Assembly (NCBI RefSeq): GCF_902652985.1
Contig: NC_047021.1
Coordinates: forward strand, 39,494,001 to 39,558,000
Length of the DNA stretch: 64,000 nucleotides
Source: Pecten maximus
Lineage: Eukaryota
Direction: 5' to 3'
Part shown: positions 23,661 through 37,320 of the stretch, piece after piece
How positions within the stretch are numbered: position 1 is the stretch's first letter
Layout: each line of letters begins with the position of its first letter
Program-made: the position numbers and the translations under genes
Notes under the pieces: model-generated
Database searches by the model: none
What the model was told of the DNA's origin: nothing
Seen by the model: only the letters and a program-made list of their open reading frames with translations

Positions 23661-24479
23661 GAAAGAAAACGCAACATATTTCAAATTCCATCTGCACTAT
23701 AGCACGCGCGCGTGTGTGGAGATAGATACAGGTAAGTATGCAGGTGGCACATCACAAAAACAGGTAACTAGGAATTCCTAAGTTGTATTGATTGGTATAA
23801 CTAAATATTTTTTTATAAAAATCTCAATAAAGTGACTCTCACCCGGGATATAGCGAGCTCATTTTGAAATTTGTAAATTATGATATAACTTTATTTTCCA
23901 ACCCTGATCATCAACAGGTATCACTTTACCAAGAGTTAATCTAGCTAGTTAGAACATCTAGAAGTGTCATATAATTAGCAGTGAGGGTGTCATTTTACCA
24001 AAAGTTTATCTAGCTCGCTTAACCGTCTAAAAGTTTCATATGATTAGCAGAAAGTTTAAGAAATATAAAAGTGTTTTTGTCATTTCTAACTAAATAGTGC
24101 TATAGTGCTGTAAACAATTTATATGATAGGTCCAAGTACACACACACCACAGATAGGGGCTAACATTTGTTTCCTGGAGATATATACTTACCAACACATT
24201 GTCATTCTTGGACATATTAATTATTTTGATATAAAAATAGATTTAGATTAAATGAGTGTTCTGTACCATCGCCAATTAATTATAACGATAAAACATTTCT
24301 TGAGCAGGAAGGCTGACTATAATATTGGTATAGGAATAAGAGATACAGGGATCGCCCCATACCAATGTTATTTTGTCCCTTAACACCGTATTTTTATTAT
24401 CCAAGATTTTTTAGACAAGCTCCCCTGTATCGAACGACACCGGCTATATTTATAAATAACAGATGAGTAATAGCATTTC

Positions 24480-24560
24480 GGCACATCTACCTGAGGTGAC
24501 CCTATACCTGTGTCGTGACGTCACTACCGTACTTCCGTACTGAAAAGTCAGAAGTATGTT
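24480..24560 (+). promoter_or_regulatory. Putative promoter of gene 2: palindromic CRE (GTGACGTCAC, 24515-24524) next to an ETS site (ACTTCCG, 24531-24537)
   Basis: Motifs read directly; CpG-enriched zone ~24420-25400; lies ~300 bp upstream of the coding exon. Confidence 0.6.
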
Positions 24561-24835
24561 AACTTTCATTTCTTCGGGTTGACAGCTGAATTAGAGTGAA
24601 GGACGAATCCAAAGACTTTAGATACATTTCTTAGAAGGTGTATAAAACTCGACAATGTGTTTATACAGTTAGCCGTGTCTACAGCGCGTACTCACCATAG
24701 CTGCCTTGTGCCTACAATTGATTGTAGCAGTCCGCTTGGTTGAACATGGCTGACGATTTTTGGTAGCTATGATTTAGTTGTAGCGTATAAATTGTGGATT
24801 TTACAACGAGTTTGTGTGTAGGGATGGTGCACAAA

Positions 24836-25041
24836 ATGGGGGATGTTATCGTCGAAAGTGATTCTGATAAAACGGCGTCGGTGGACGAGTTATGGACGCT
24901 TCTTCAGGATAAAGAAAGAACGATTATTCTTCAAGGGGAGAAAATAGAATGTCTCCAAGAAGAACTTTCCTGTCTAAGAGAGGAGAGGGATAGTTTACTT
25001 AAAAAGGTGGCAACATTCACTTTAAAAACACCAGATATCAG
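24836..25041 (+). CDS. First coding exon of an unidentified gene; N-terminal coiled coil MGDVIVESDSDKTASVDELWTLLQDKERTIILQGEKIECLQEELSCLREERDSLLKKVATFTLKTPDI(R)
   Basis: caaaATGG start context (alternative in-frame ATG at 24824); heptad Leu/Ile pattern; donor CAG|GTtggt (alternative TTG|GTaact at 25046). Confidence 0.7.
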
Positions 25042-25782
25042 GTTGGTAACTTAATGTTTAGTTTTCTTATCATTCAACGAATGTCATGTCCCGACGTTTG
25101 TTTTCAACAGTTAGGCAATTACACATGTGTACGCCGCGCGCGAGGGCTATCAACAGCGGTCGCGATCGGTATATAATACAGGTAGAGTTTTGTACACACA
25201 GGGCGCCAGGGAAATACAGAGATATACAGTCAAAATACATGTCGATAAAACCTTTAAACCGTTCAGTAAGCTGTAATTCTCTAGACATTTCCCCACGACA
25301 TGACAAAATAGGTCAACAGTTATTTCACTACTGGGTTGAATGACCACAACATTCGATCTGTACCCTGTACAAAATGTTTACGTGCGCGTGCCTTGCAATA
25401 TTTGGGGAAATTCCCATGATAGGCCTAATGAATATTTAAACACGTTAATGATATTAATGAGTAAATCGGTGTTGTGTTAAATAATAGATAAATATATTGG
25501 GTAACCTCTACTAGTTTAATCCGTTGGGTGGGGGGGTGTTCAATAAACGTAGTATCGAAATTACCATTACCTGTCCCCCTCCCTCCACTGTTTGGCAAGT
25601 TTAGTGCAAGTTATTCGACTTTGGTGACAGTGTTACTTTGGAATTACATCAGAAAGTTCTGTTCCTTTACTGAAGGTCTGTTGATTGTCATCCTATGATA
25701 TATAGTTCAGAGTTGAGTTTATTCTGTGTGTGTTGAGTGATGCACTGTCAACTGACATACTGGGTGCTATATATTTAAACAT

Positions 25783-26835
25783 TGGTGTACACTATTTGTG
25801 GAGTGATCTGTACAGTGTTGTACACTGTTTGTGGAGTGGTGTGTACATTGTTGTACACTATTTGTGGAGTGGTGTGTACATTTTTGTACACTATTTGTGG
25901 AGTGATCTGTACAGTGTTGTACACTATTTGTGGAGTGGTGTGTACATTGTTGTACACTATTTGTGGAGTGGTGTGTACATTGTTGTACACTGTTTGTGGA
26001 GTGGTGAGTACATTGTTGTACACTATTTGTGGAGTGGTGTGTACATTGTTGTACACTGTTTGTGGAGTGGTGAGTACATTGTGGAGTGGTGTGTACATTG
26101 TGGAGTGGTGTGTACATTGGTGTACACTGTTTGTGGAGTGGTGTGTACATTTTTGTACACTGTATGTGGAGTGGTGTGTACATTTTTGTACACTGTTTGT
26201 GGAGTGGTGTGTACATTGTTGTACACTGTTTGTGGAGTGGTGAGTACATTGTTGTACACTATTTGTGGAGTGGTGTGTACATTGTTGTACACTGTTTGTG
26301 GAGTGGTGAGTACATTGTTGTACACTGTTTGTGGAGTGGTGTGTACATTGTTATACACTGTATGTGGAGTGGTGTGTACATTGTTGTACACTGTTTGTGG
26401 AGTGGTGATCATGAGTACATTGTGGAGTGGTGTGTACATTGTGGAGTGGTGTGTACATTGGTGTACACTGTTTGTGGAGTGGTGTGTACATTTTTGTACA
26501 CTGTTTGTGGAGTGGTGTGTACATTTTTGTACACTGTATGTGGAGTGGTGTGTACATTTTTGTTCACTGTTTTTGGAGTGGTGTGTACNNNNNNNNNNNN
26601 NNNNNNNNNNNNNNNNNNNNNNNNNNNNNNNNNNNNNNNNNNNNNNNNNNNNNNNNNNNNNNNNNNNNNNNNNNNNNNNNNNNNNNNNNNNNNNNNNNNN
26701 NNNNNNNNNNNNNNNNNNNNNNNNNNNNNNNNNNNNNNNNNNNNNNNNNNNNNNNNNNNNNNNNNNNNNNNNNNNNNNNNNNNNNNNNNNNNNNNNNNNN
26801 NNNNNGGAGTGGTGTGTACATTTGTTGTACACTGT
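25783..26835. repeat. 33-bp minisatellite (tgtacactgtttgtggagtggtgtgtacattgt) spanning an assembly gap
   Basis: 11-aa periodic ORFs in several frames; shorter 20-bp deletion units are interspersed. Confidence 0.95.
26589..26805. other. Assembly gap (217 N) inside the 33-bp array
   Basis: Run of N. Confidence 1.
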
Positions 26836-29800
26836 TTATAGAGTTTCGACATCCTGACATGCAGTGTTTGATGGTTTTTAATTAACATGGGGCTGGAACA
26901 TAAGTGTAGCCAGAGCTGGAGGTTTGGAATTATGTTTCTTGGTAAAAAATGTCAGGCTAGAAGAAATCACAGTCACAGCAAAATCTACAGTTAGAATCAG
27001 AATCACACAGCTATTCTGAATTTTATTGCACACGATATTGTGTACACAAATATATTGTTGAAAAATATTTTACACTTTCAGTTTTCTTGCAATGACTTTT
27101 GTGTATAGTATTAAGTCTGAGTATTGTGATGTATAGCACATGTACATGGTAATTAAGTCTTGGTCAGTTATGTGTTAATAATGAATGAAATTTTAAGCTA
27201 ATGGTCTTCTTCAACTGCGATCTTAAGGAAGGCTTTATAGTGATCAATACAGTTGTTAATATGCTTAGTTTGTGTGATACATATTATATACATGTATATT
27301 ACAAATCACATCTACATGTAGTCATATCAGTCACTTTCACTTAACTACAAAACGAAATGAATTGTACCACTGATTCACAAAAATAAAATAACATTGTTAT
27401 ATTTGTGGTAGTTTTCCGGCTAGCTGTTTTTGGGCTAGTGAAATTTGCATTTGAACTAGTAAACTTTCAGGCAACTAGCCCAACTGACTAGGTTTTTTTT
27501 CAACTGAGGTCTAGCCTGACATTATGCATGCTGTCCAAAATCAACAGTTTAGAGGAAGGTGTATGAAAAACAATAAATTTTCCAAGACCGAAAACTGTTG
27601 AAACAAAAAATATTTATAACAGCCAAAGAGGTGCTTGTGTTAATGTAATTATTAATCAAATATATATCAGAATTCAAAAGTATGATGTTTTAGATAGGAT
27701 TACTGTAACTGAATTTCAGAGTCATATTGCAAAACGTTTTTTTTTCTGGTGGACTGGCCATGGTGTAGCTCACGATCAATCGGTTAGAGTGAAAGTGCTA
27801 GCATTGGTCTTTAGTTTTGGAGGTTACGGGTTCAAGTCATGGTCTTGTCGTTGTAAATTTCCACTCCAATTACATCATTTATAGAAAAAAAATGCAAGAT
27901 AATGAAAGATTTTACAGCACTTTGAAAAAAAAACGAGCCCAAGAAAAACTTTTTTGTCATAAAGCATCTGTTTGGGAGAGGAACAGTTTTAGTGCAGTAA
28001 CCCAGGGCTTAAGTAGTCAAAAACAGCATTACTCTGTTGTCATGATGATGTCAAAGGATGAAACAGTCCCATGTGACCTTGACCTTTGAGTTAATATGGG
28101 ATTACTCACACTTTCAACATAAAGCCTTGATCAGGACAAGATGTCTGCTTGCATTAAAGCTGTTTTTTATCATTATGACAAGTAAATTGAGGCGATTTTT
28201 CCTTTACATGTCGGTAGTAGGTACAATCTGTATGGCTGTCCTAAACTGTTGATATGTTGGAGTATAACAGCTGTGTTGTGTAGACTACATCGCTTTATTG
28301 TGGCTGCGAATCAGTATAACCAATCCTTCGTCAATGTCAGGGCTGAATCCTTGTTAGGTTGAAATGCAAAATACATAGCGCTTATAGTGCTACCTATGTA
28401 CCAGTCAAATTTTATTTAGATATGATGACGTCTAGTGTTGTTTGATTAATCACTTTAATCGATGATTAGTCATTTTACCTCTGTGACTGATTAATCATGA
28501 TTTTCTGTGATCGATCATGGTTTGACTATTTGTGGAGATTTATGTGAGTTATTGAGATTTATTGAAGATTTTTACTGCAGACTTGAAAAAATGAATGGAA
28601 TAACTAGTAAATTTACATCAAATTACCAAAATGTACTCTAGAACAACATTTTGTAGCATAACTTATGATACAGGCACATCTTAAAACATCACCACTGCAC
28701 TCTCCCCTATTATAATGAATGTTTTTGTAGATACATGTATTTCCCTTTCTGTTCATGACTGATCGTTTAAGGAATTATGAGTACAGATAATGTTTTTTTA
28801 AGTGATTCCCATCTCTAGGAAAAAGTGTTTAATACTGTTCCATTACAACCTCGTAGCTCTTACTCTGTTAAAAAAAAAAAAAAAAAGTAAATGAAAAAAA
28901 CGGGCATATGCATTTTGCTGATACGGCCATATGTTTTTTTTAAAGAAGATGAAATGTTTACTCTATCAATACCACACAGGATCGTTTAGATTTTTATATA
29001 CTTTGAAGCCTTAAAAGATTCTAAATTGCTAGCAAATTATCAATACTTATATATATACGTGTATATGTATTTCAAAATACTGAAATTTCAGTACTATTTT
29101 TATCTCTCAATTTCGAAAACAAATTCTATATCTACCAGGGCAAGATGTATATATATATAGTGAATTTAAAGTCCGTCTGTGCAGTGTTAACTTAGCTTGA
29201 TATTCTTTCTCTGATCCGTTTTTAAGGAAATGATGCAGACATTGAACTTTTCACTAGCGATTAATTTCATCCAGTTCTTGCTTGGTCTTTAGAAGAAAAA
29301 TGGAGTTTGTACTGGAGGCCATCTAGATATATTTATTGCAGAAACATCGTGGGATTCGTTTGATCTCGCACAGAATGCATGTACTCAATGTCGCTTGCAC
29401 ATAGCTATATATATATAGTTATCGATATCGTGGGATCACATGTGCTGGCGACCATACGCATATTACTGCTGTTATTAATGTGATATTGCTTATTTTATTT
29501 TCCTCATTGTGCATTCAGTACCTTTTTATGGTAAAGCACATTAATATTCCCGCAGTGAAAGCCCTGTCTGTCCTCAACAGATAGGCCGATATGTATCTTA
29601 TCACCATGTGTATAGTCACTGTAGCATTTCAAGGTGGTCAAGTTGTTCAGCAATCTGCATGCATTACCAACGAGAAACTTTTTCTGTCAAGCTGAGCCCG
29701 GGGAAGTTTTTGGGTTGAATATATATACCAGTATCAGTTTTTGTACTCAAAGGGTGTGGTAAAATTATGTTCTGCAGGAAGTACTTTTAAATTTCATTCC

Positions 29801-30519
29801 AGGAAAAGATATCTGTATCTTATTGGGAAAAGGAAGGATTCATTGTGATCCCAAAATAGACGTAAAAATATATATCTTTGTCTTAAAATTGTTGAAGAAA
29901 GTGAATTTACACTTAAGATATAATATGCCATCGTAAATATTTTTTGAGATTTATTTCGCAAACTAGGTCAAGTTTAAAGATAGCCTATCTGTTTTCAGCG
30001 CTCACAATGTACATGTACCAGTGATCTTGAATCATATATTCTCAGAATACAACTTTTCCGGTATTAGAAATGATAAGCCTGTTTTCGTCGATCTCCTTGT
30101 AAGACCTTAAGGATGTCAATTTGCCTCTGTGGTGTGTTTTTTTGGAAATACAAGGTGTGTGAAAAAGGAAGTGGGTTATTTTTGTGTTTTCTTTGATAGA
30201 TAGAGCCTATACACATGTACATCCTGTTGTGGTGGATACATTTTAAATCTGATAATGACTTTATTGGAAGTAGTACAATTTGACCTTAAACATGATGTGA
30301 ATTGGTTCACACAAAAATAGAAAGGCAGGGGTTTAATTCAAAGTGAGTTTGGGTGGAACAGAAACAGTATTTGGATGTGGGGTGGAAGGTGGTGAGGTGT
30401 GGGGTTGGGGGTCCGGTCGTCCTTGGCCTTCAGTAGCTATAGGTTGAAAGTATGAGAATAGGGCTTGGGGTTTGGCTGCCCAATCTCAGTCCATTGTGGC
30501 CATGGGTACTGGTATATAT

Positions 30520-32360
30520 AAGAGAATTTCTCATCTGGGTGACAGATTTAAGGGATTATTTTATACTGTCTGCATGTTATGAAAATTATGAGATTTTCTC
30601 ATCTGAGAGTTAAAGCCTGTTTGATTGTCTTCTGGTCGAGGACTTGAGGGTATAACAATTTCTCATCAGAGCTAGAGACGGGTTTAACCATTTGACTATC
30701 CTCTGGTCAAGGATATATTAATTTCTCATCAGAGACAGGTTCAGGGTTCCGTTTGACTGTCAGCTAGTTGAGGGTATAATAATTTTTCATCAGAGAGGGG
30801 AGTTTATATAAGGGGTTTGACTGTCCTCTGGTCAAGGATATATTAATTTCTCATCAGAGAGAGAGGTTTTGGGGTCCGTTTGACTGACCTCTGGTCAAGG
30901 GTATGATAATTTATCATCAGAGAGAGAGGTTTTGGGGTCTGTTTGACTGACCTCTGGTCAAGGGTATGATAATTTATCATCAAAGGGAGAGGTTTTGGGG
31001 TCCGTTTGACTGTCCTGTGGTCAAGGGTATATGATAATTTATCATCAAAGGGAGAGGTTTTGGGGTCTGTTTGACTGTCCTGTGGTCAAGGGTATGATAA
31101 TTTTTCATCAGAGGGAGAGGTTTTGGGGTCCGTTTGACTGTCCTCTGGTCAAGGGTATGATACTTTCTCATCAGAGAGGGCCGGGTTTAGGGGTCGTTTG
31201 ACTCTCTTCTGGTCGACTCGAGGGTATACCATTAATTTCTCATCAGAGAGGGGTTTAGGGGTCGTTTGACTCTCTTCTGGTAGACTCGAGGGTATACCAT
31301 TAATTTCTCATCAGAGAGGGGTTTGGGGGTCGTTTGACTCTCTTCTGGTAGACTCCAGGGTATACCATTAATTTCTCATCAAAGAGGGGTTTAGGGGTCG
31401 TTTGACTCTCTTCTGGTAGACTCGAGGGTATACCATTAATTTCTCATCAGAGAGGGGTTTAAGGGTCGTTTGACTCTCTTCTGGTAGACTCAAGGGTAAA
31501 CCATTAATTTCTCATCAGAGAGGGATTTAGGGGTCGTTTGACTCTCTTCTGGTAGACTCCAGGGTATACCATTAATTTCTCATCAGAGAGGGATTTAGGG
31601 GTCATTCAACTCTCTTCTGGTAGACTCGAGGGTAAACCATTAATTTCTCATCAGAGAGGGGTTTAGGGGTCGTTTGACTCTCTTCTCGTAGACTCAAGGG
31701 TATACCATTAATTTCTCATCAGAGAGGGGTTTAAGGGTCGTTTGACTCTCTTCTGGTAGACTCGAGGGTAAACCATTAATTTCTCATCAGAGAGGGGTTT
31801 AGGGGTCGTTTGACTCTCTTCTGGTAGACTCGAGGGTAAACCATTAATTTCTCATCAGAGAGGGGTTTAGGGGTCGTTTGACTCTCTTCTGGTAGACTCG
31901 AGGGTAAACCATTAATTTCTCATCAGAGAGGGGTTTAGGGGTTGTTTGACTCTCTTCTGGTAGACTCCAGGGTATACTATTAATTTCTCATCAGAGAGGG
32001 GTTTAGGGGTCGTTTGACTCTCTTCTGGTAGACTCGAGGGTATACCATTAATTTCTCATCAGAGAGGGGTTTAGGGGTCGTTTGAATCTCTTCTGGTAGA
32101 CTCGAGGGTAAACCATTCATTTCTCATCAGAGAGGGGTTTAGGGGTCGTTTGACTCTCTTCTGGTAGACTCGAGGGTAAACCATTAATTTCTCATCAGAG
32201 AGGGGTTTAGGGGTCGTTTGACTCCTTTCTCAGTAGACTCGAGGGTATACCATTAATTTCTCATCAGAGAGGGGTTTAAGGGTCGTTTGACTCTCTTCTG
32301 GTAGACTCGAGGGTATACCATTAATTTCTCATCAGAGGGGGCCCCGGGGTTCGTTTGACT
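30520..32360. repeat. Compound G-rich minisatellite: ~63-bp units (to ~31170) then ~17 homogeneous 68-bp units (ccattaatttctcatcagagaggggtttaggggtcgtttgactctcttctggtagactcgagggtata)
   Basis: Periodicity read directly (e.g. 31229 to 31297). Confidence 0.95.
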
Positions 32361-33199
32361 CTCTGTTGGTTATAATGATTTAAGGATTGTGTGACTGTTT
32401 GCTCATGGAGAGTATGAGAATTTCACATCGGAGTATAAGAATTTGTGAAAATATACATTACAAGACAGTGCATTGCATGCATAAAAACATATCAAAAGAT
32501 ATCTGTCTTAGACTGGCAACTAAGTTAGAAACAGTTACAATATCTTAAAATTTAGGTCCAAAATATATAAGCACTATAACATCTTGTACAGAGTTTTGGG
32601 TCTCCTGAAAACTTGTAAACCTGTATGAGGTCTTAGCTAACATAAACAGAACCTTGTAATAAATGTTATAAGCCTCTCAGCATGTTTACTGATTACTCAG
32701 GGGTGATGTTAAATCCGTAAAGCATTGTCAGGTCATTAGAATCCACGTTATTTAAAGTAACGGTAACAAAAATGTGGAGACTACGGACTATACTATATAG
32801 AGCTCACTCCTGGACTTGTCGCAAAAATATAAATAATTAGGAGATGGTTAAAAGGTATTTTATTTTCATTCTAGTACAAAAAGGACTTTAAACTTTAGAT
32901 TTACACTGAGTTGAATTTCATTAAATTAAAGTGCTCAAGGTTATAAATGATTAAGCGGCCTAGATATAGTATTGGAATGTCATGGCTGATTAATCACAAT
33001 TTGTATATGTATGTACCCCACACCTGTACTTACGTACTACAGTATATAGGTAGTATAGAACACCTGTGGAAGTCTATAACAGATTCACTCACACCTGTTT
33101 AACCCACAGGCTGCATATCATGGCTACGCATCACTGACTTACCCATCAGTCTTGAGCCAAAATATATATTGATTATGCATGACCATGTACAAGATATAT

Positions 33200-33960
33200 A
33201 GAACATTCTGTCTGGTCAGGATACTTCCTTAAGGTCCAGATATATAGCTACCTTTAAATCCAGGTAGATTATCTCAGGGCTAGATATGATTAATTAGGGT
33301 CGGATAGCTTCTCTTAGGGCCAGGTACAATTTCTCAGGACCAGGTAATTACTTAATCTTAGGTTCAGGTAGCTTCTTCAATGTCAGATAGTTCTCTCAGG
33401 TCAAGATAGCTTCTCACAGAACTAGATAGCTTCTCTCAGGACCATGCAGGTATATTACGAAGCTTCTGTCAAGGTCACATATAGCATCTCTCAGGTCCAG
33501 ATAAATAATTATAAGCTTTTCATGCAGATAGCTTCTCTCAGGTTCAGATAATTATAACTTCTCTCAGAAATAGATTGCTTCTTTCAGGTCAAGAGAGCTT
33601 CTCACAGAATTAGATAGCTTCTCTCAGGACCTGGCTTATTACGAAGCTTCTGTCTTTAGATAGCTTCTCTCAGGTTGAGATAACCACTTCTCTCAGGTTG
33701 AGATAACTTCTCTCAGATTCAGATAACAGTTCTCTCAGGTTCAGATAACTTCTCTCAGGTTCAGATAAGTTCTCTCAGGTTCAGATAACTTCTCTCAGGT
33801 TCAGATAAGTTCTCTCAGGTTCAGATAACTTCTCTCAGGTTCAGATAACTTCTCTCAGGTTCAGATAACTTCTCTCAGGACCAGGTTGCTTCTCTCAGGA
33901 CAAGAAAGCTTCTCTGTGGACCTGGTAGCTACTTTCATAGTCAGACATAGCTTGTTGCAG
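33200..33960. repeat. 20-bp minisatellite (cagataacttctctcaggtt) with a homogeneous core at ~33660-33880
   Basis: Units read directly. Confidence 0.9.
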
Positions 33961-35068
33961 CACCAGATATCTTCTAGGCCCATCACATGCAGATACTGTC
34001 TTTCAGGACCAAATATGATGGGGAAAATATCTACTGGTATTTATTTATTTTTTTTTAAATTTAATTGTTATATGGTCATCAGCAAATCAAATTACAATTT
34101 TCTGATTAAATTAAACAAAGTGCAAATTGTATATTGTCTATATCCCTAATTAAATTTCATGTATCACTGAGTTTCAGAAAAAAATATTCATGGGAATCAC
34201 TGTCAGATCTTTATCATTGAGATGATGAGACCATGTCTGTTAAAGTTCCCTTATAAGGCTCAATGCAGGCATGAAAGCCGATGTTCTGATGGAAACAAAA
34301 ATGGCTGAATAAAAATGTACTTGGGAGAAAACATAACCAGAGTTTGCTACATAAAGAAAAAGAATATGACACAGTCAGTATATCTTCCTCCCCCCCCCCC
34401 CCCCCCCCCCAAGATATTTCAGGAAGTATAGATAGATTGTGTTAATGTCACATGTACATGTTCAAACTAGAAACGGAGAAATCTGCATCCTTGTTGATAC
34501 TGTATGGTAGTGTGTACATCGTTTTATACTATGCCCTATCCTGTATCACTTTCTTATAATGAACTTAATCTTCTTTTCTCTTTTTTTTTTAGCTCATGAT
34601 CAGTAAGGGTTTAATTATAAGTGAAAATTAATCTTTTTATAAAGTGATAATTTAAGCATTTAATCTTTGATAAAGCTGTTGTTGAAATGAAAATAAAGCT
34701 CATAGTCCGGTTCCCCCGGGAATCTTGCCTGGGACCCGAGTGTACAGTTTTCACCCAAACCAATGTTACATATATAAGTATATAGCCTCGTTTTTGATAT
34801 CATTCGCTTAAATATGTATTCTGACAGGGCCATTTATAGGAAAGTATTTGCCTGGTCAAGCTGGACACTAGAGTGTCCAATAAAGCCAGTGAAATAAGGA
34901 ATGGACATCTAAAGGCAAAGTGTAGTAAAGTTTGGAATTTGATATTTTTCAATATATTTTATTATGTGAGCAATGACCACCCCTATATATATAATATAAG
35001 TATACAATGATTGTGACGTTCCATTTAATTGCTATAGTTCAATATTATTGATTCTCCGACCTACTTAA

Positions 35069-35433
35069 AGGGACATACCTTCGTTTGGACATCAGAAACT
35101 TGCAAAATTTCTATTGATAAAAAAATTAAAGTCTATGCCCGAATGAGGATTATATGAGTTTTTGTACCTACCAATAATGAAAGTAACACAGAAATGTACA
35201 GGAAAACGACGTTTCATACGCAAATACCTTTATGTTTGCGGTAATTAGTGATACTTTGTGTCGAATTGAGAATTCTGAGGATTTAATACTTGAAGCACTT
35301 TGGTTTTCCTTGAGAGTAAAACTGCTGTATTAATGTAAAAATTAAAACTTTTACTACTTGGGAAAACATATTTATTTCTCATTAAGTTTCCATTTTGGCG
35401 ACCTACACTTTATTTAAACGAAGGAATGCCCCT
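35069..35433. mobile_element. Kolobok-like non-autonomous DNA element (AGG...CCT termini, TTAA-type TSD)
   Basis: TIRs agggacataccttcgttt / aaacgaaggaatgcccct (16/18 match); flanks ttaa and ctaa. Confidence 0.75.
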
Positions 35434-36649
35434 CTAAATTCTAATCTACTTTAACTTACATAAGAACCCGAACAAAGTGTATACCAAACAGATGATGTGA
35501 GAATCAGCTACTGGTAAAGAGGCAGGCTAATCTACTTCACCAAGTATACATGTATTTTAGACTCCCTAGAAATGTTGGCCTTTTATACCCCCACTCAGCA
35601 CTTAGCCTTTCTATACAGTTCCAGATTCGAGTAAAATGTTGATTAAGTGGTCTGCACTTAACATATACATATCTACATTATATAATATCACAAACATTAC
35701 ATGAAAGTAAAATTGAAACTGGAATAAGTCGAAAATGATAAATTTTAAATATCTTTTTGTTGAATTTGGATTGAAATATATATCATTCTTATAATATGTT
35801 TCTGACAATGCATTTTATGTGGAGATATGTATATCAGATTGAGGTCACTTAAATTTCTTGAATTTTATTTTATTTTCATCAAATATCACTTGAATCTTCT
35901 AAATTATTCAATATTGCATGATGGAACTTGGTATTTTGATAGGGCAAACAAGTAAAAGCACTTTATAAAAATAGATTGTGGTTTATATTTTTAGTTTCAG
36001 GTATTCTTTGTATTTGGAATGTTTGTGATACTTACCGCTATTATATATATGTATACAGAAGAATATTGCAGTAGAAATTTATTCTTAAATATTCATCTGC
36101 AGTTTTTGTATATCTGTAATTCATTGTAGCAGACATATTTATGGTCGCTTTGCATGTAGAGTTGCATTAAAAATGATTTGGTGATAGTAGGCAGCGTTTC
36201 ACTTTCACCGATCTTTCATGTTGCTCCCCTGCCATGAAGGACCTGCCAGAAAGTCACTATAGAGATATGTATACACTAACATAGCGTTCTGAAACAAAAC
36301 CAATCCAATACACTTGTGTCTTCATCAAGGTTTGTTGGCAATGGTTATAAAAGTACCTGTTGCAGCTTATCTGCTTATAGGAGGTTCCTGTCTGACATGA
36401 CCTGCTTTTGAAGGTAGAGCACTTGGGAGAATTAATTAGGATTTAAATAGCATGGCAGTCTGTGACCCTTAGCTTTGGAATCCTGAGAAATTGAATTCCT
36501 CATGGGGGTCAGAATAAGAAATTCACAATTTTGAAGATTTTATTCAAAACTTTTATAATTTGGCACTTAATTAACTTTGAGTTTGTTTTGTCAGCTTGTA
36601 AATAAACTAATTCAGTACAGGCATATTGGAAACCCTGGTCTGGCCTGGC

Positions 36650-37320
36650 CTTGCCCAGCTTATATTAGCCAGAGTTTCCTCTGACCCTGACACCTGCAGA
36701 CTTGGACACTCTGACTAATAAATATCAATGTCACAGGCACTATCTGTCAGGATGTCTAAATCTGGTGACAGGGCCAGAGGAAACTTGGACTAGGCCTAGT
36801 CTGGCCCAAATTTCCGCTGGCCCTGACATCAGGTTTAGAATCCCTGATTAATAGATATTGATGTCACAGACTGTAGGCTGTATGTCTTAGTCTGGTGTCC
36901 AGGTCAGAGGAAACTCGGACTAGGCCTAGCCTGGCCCAAATTTCCGCTGGCCCTGACATCAGGTTTAGAATCCCTGATTAATAGATATTGATGTCACAGA
37001 CTAGGCTGTATGTCTTAGTCTGGTGTCCAGGTCAGAGGAAACTCAGACTAGTCCTAGCCTGGCCCAAATTTCGGCTGGCCCTGACATCAGGCTTAGAATC
37101 CCTGATTAATAGATATTGATGTCACAGACTGTAGGCTGTGTGTCTTAATAGTCTGGTGTCCAGGCCAGAGGAAACTCGCTAAGGCTTGGCCTGGCCCAAA
37201 TTTCCGCTGGCCCTGACATCAGGCTTAGACATCCTGATGAGTAAATATCGATGTCACAGGCTGTATCTGTCAGAATGTCTGGTGTCAGGGCCAGAGGAAA
37301 CTCTGACAAGGCCTGGTCTT
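36650..37320. repeat. Five ~130-bp tandem units, each an imperfect ~40-bp-arm hairpin, separated by the palindrome gactaggcctagtc or variants
   Basis: ctggcccaaa at 36801, 36931, 37059 and 37191; arms agtttcctctgaccctgacacc... / ...ggtgacagggccagaggaaact. Confidence 0.85.

Noticed and set aside
24836-25041. Assignment to cGMP-dependent protein kinase
   Set aside because: Only generic leucine-zipper similarity; no pseudosubstrate, cyclic-nucleotide-binding or kinase exons in the window.
25730-26888. Multiple overlapping long ORFs
   Set aside because: Produced by the 33-bp repeat plus the N gap.
30660-32340. CUGAUGA on the minus strand of nearly every 63/68-bp unit, suggesting a hammerhead satellite
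   Set aside because: There is no GAAA after a stem II and no properly placed UH and stem I, so the core cannot be assembled.
34389-34410. Poly-C tract (also poly-G near 57381 and (TA)n near 37830)
   Set aside because: Ordinary simple repeats.
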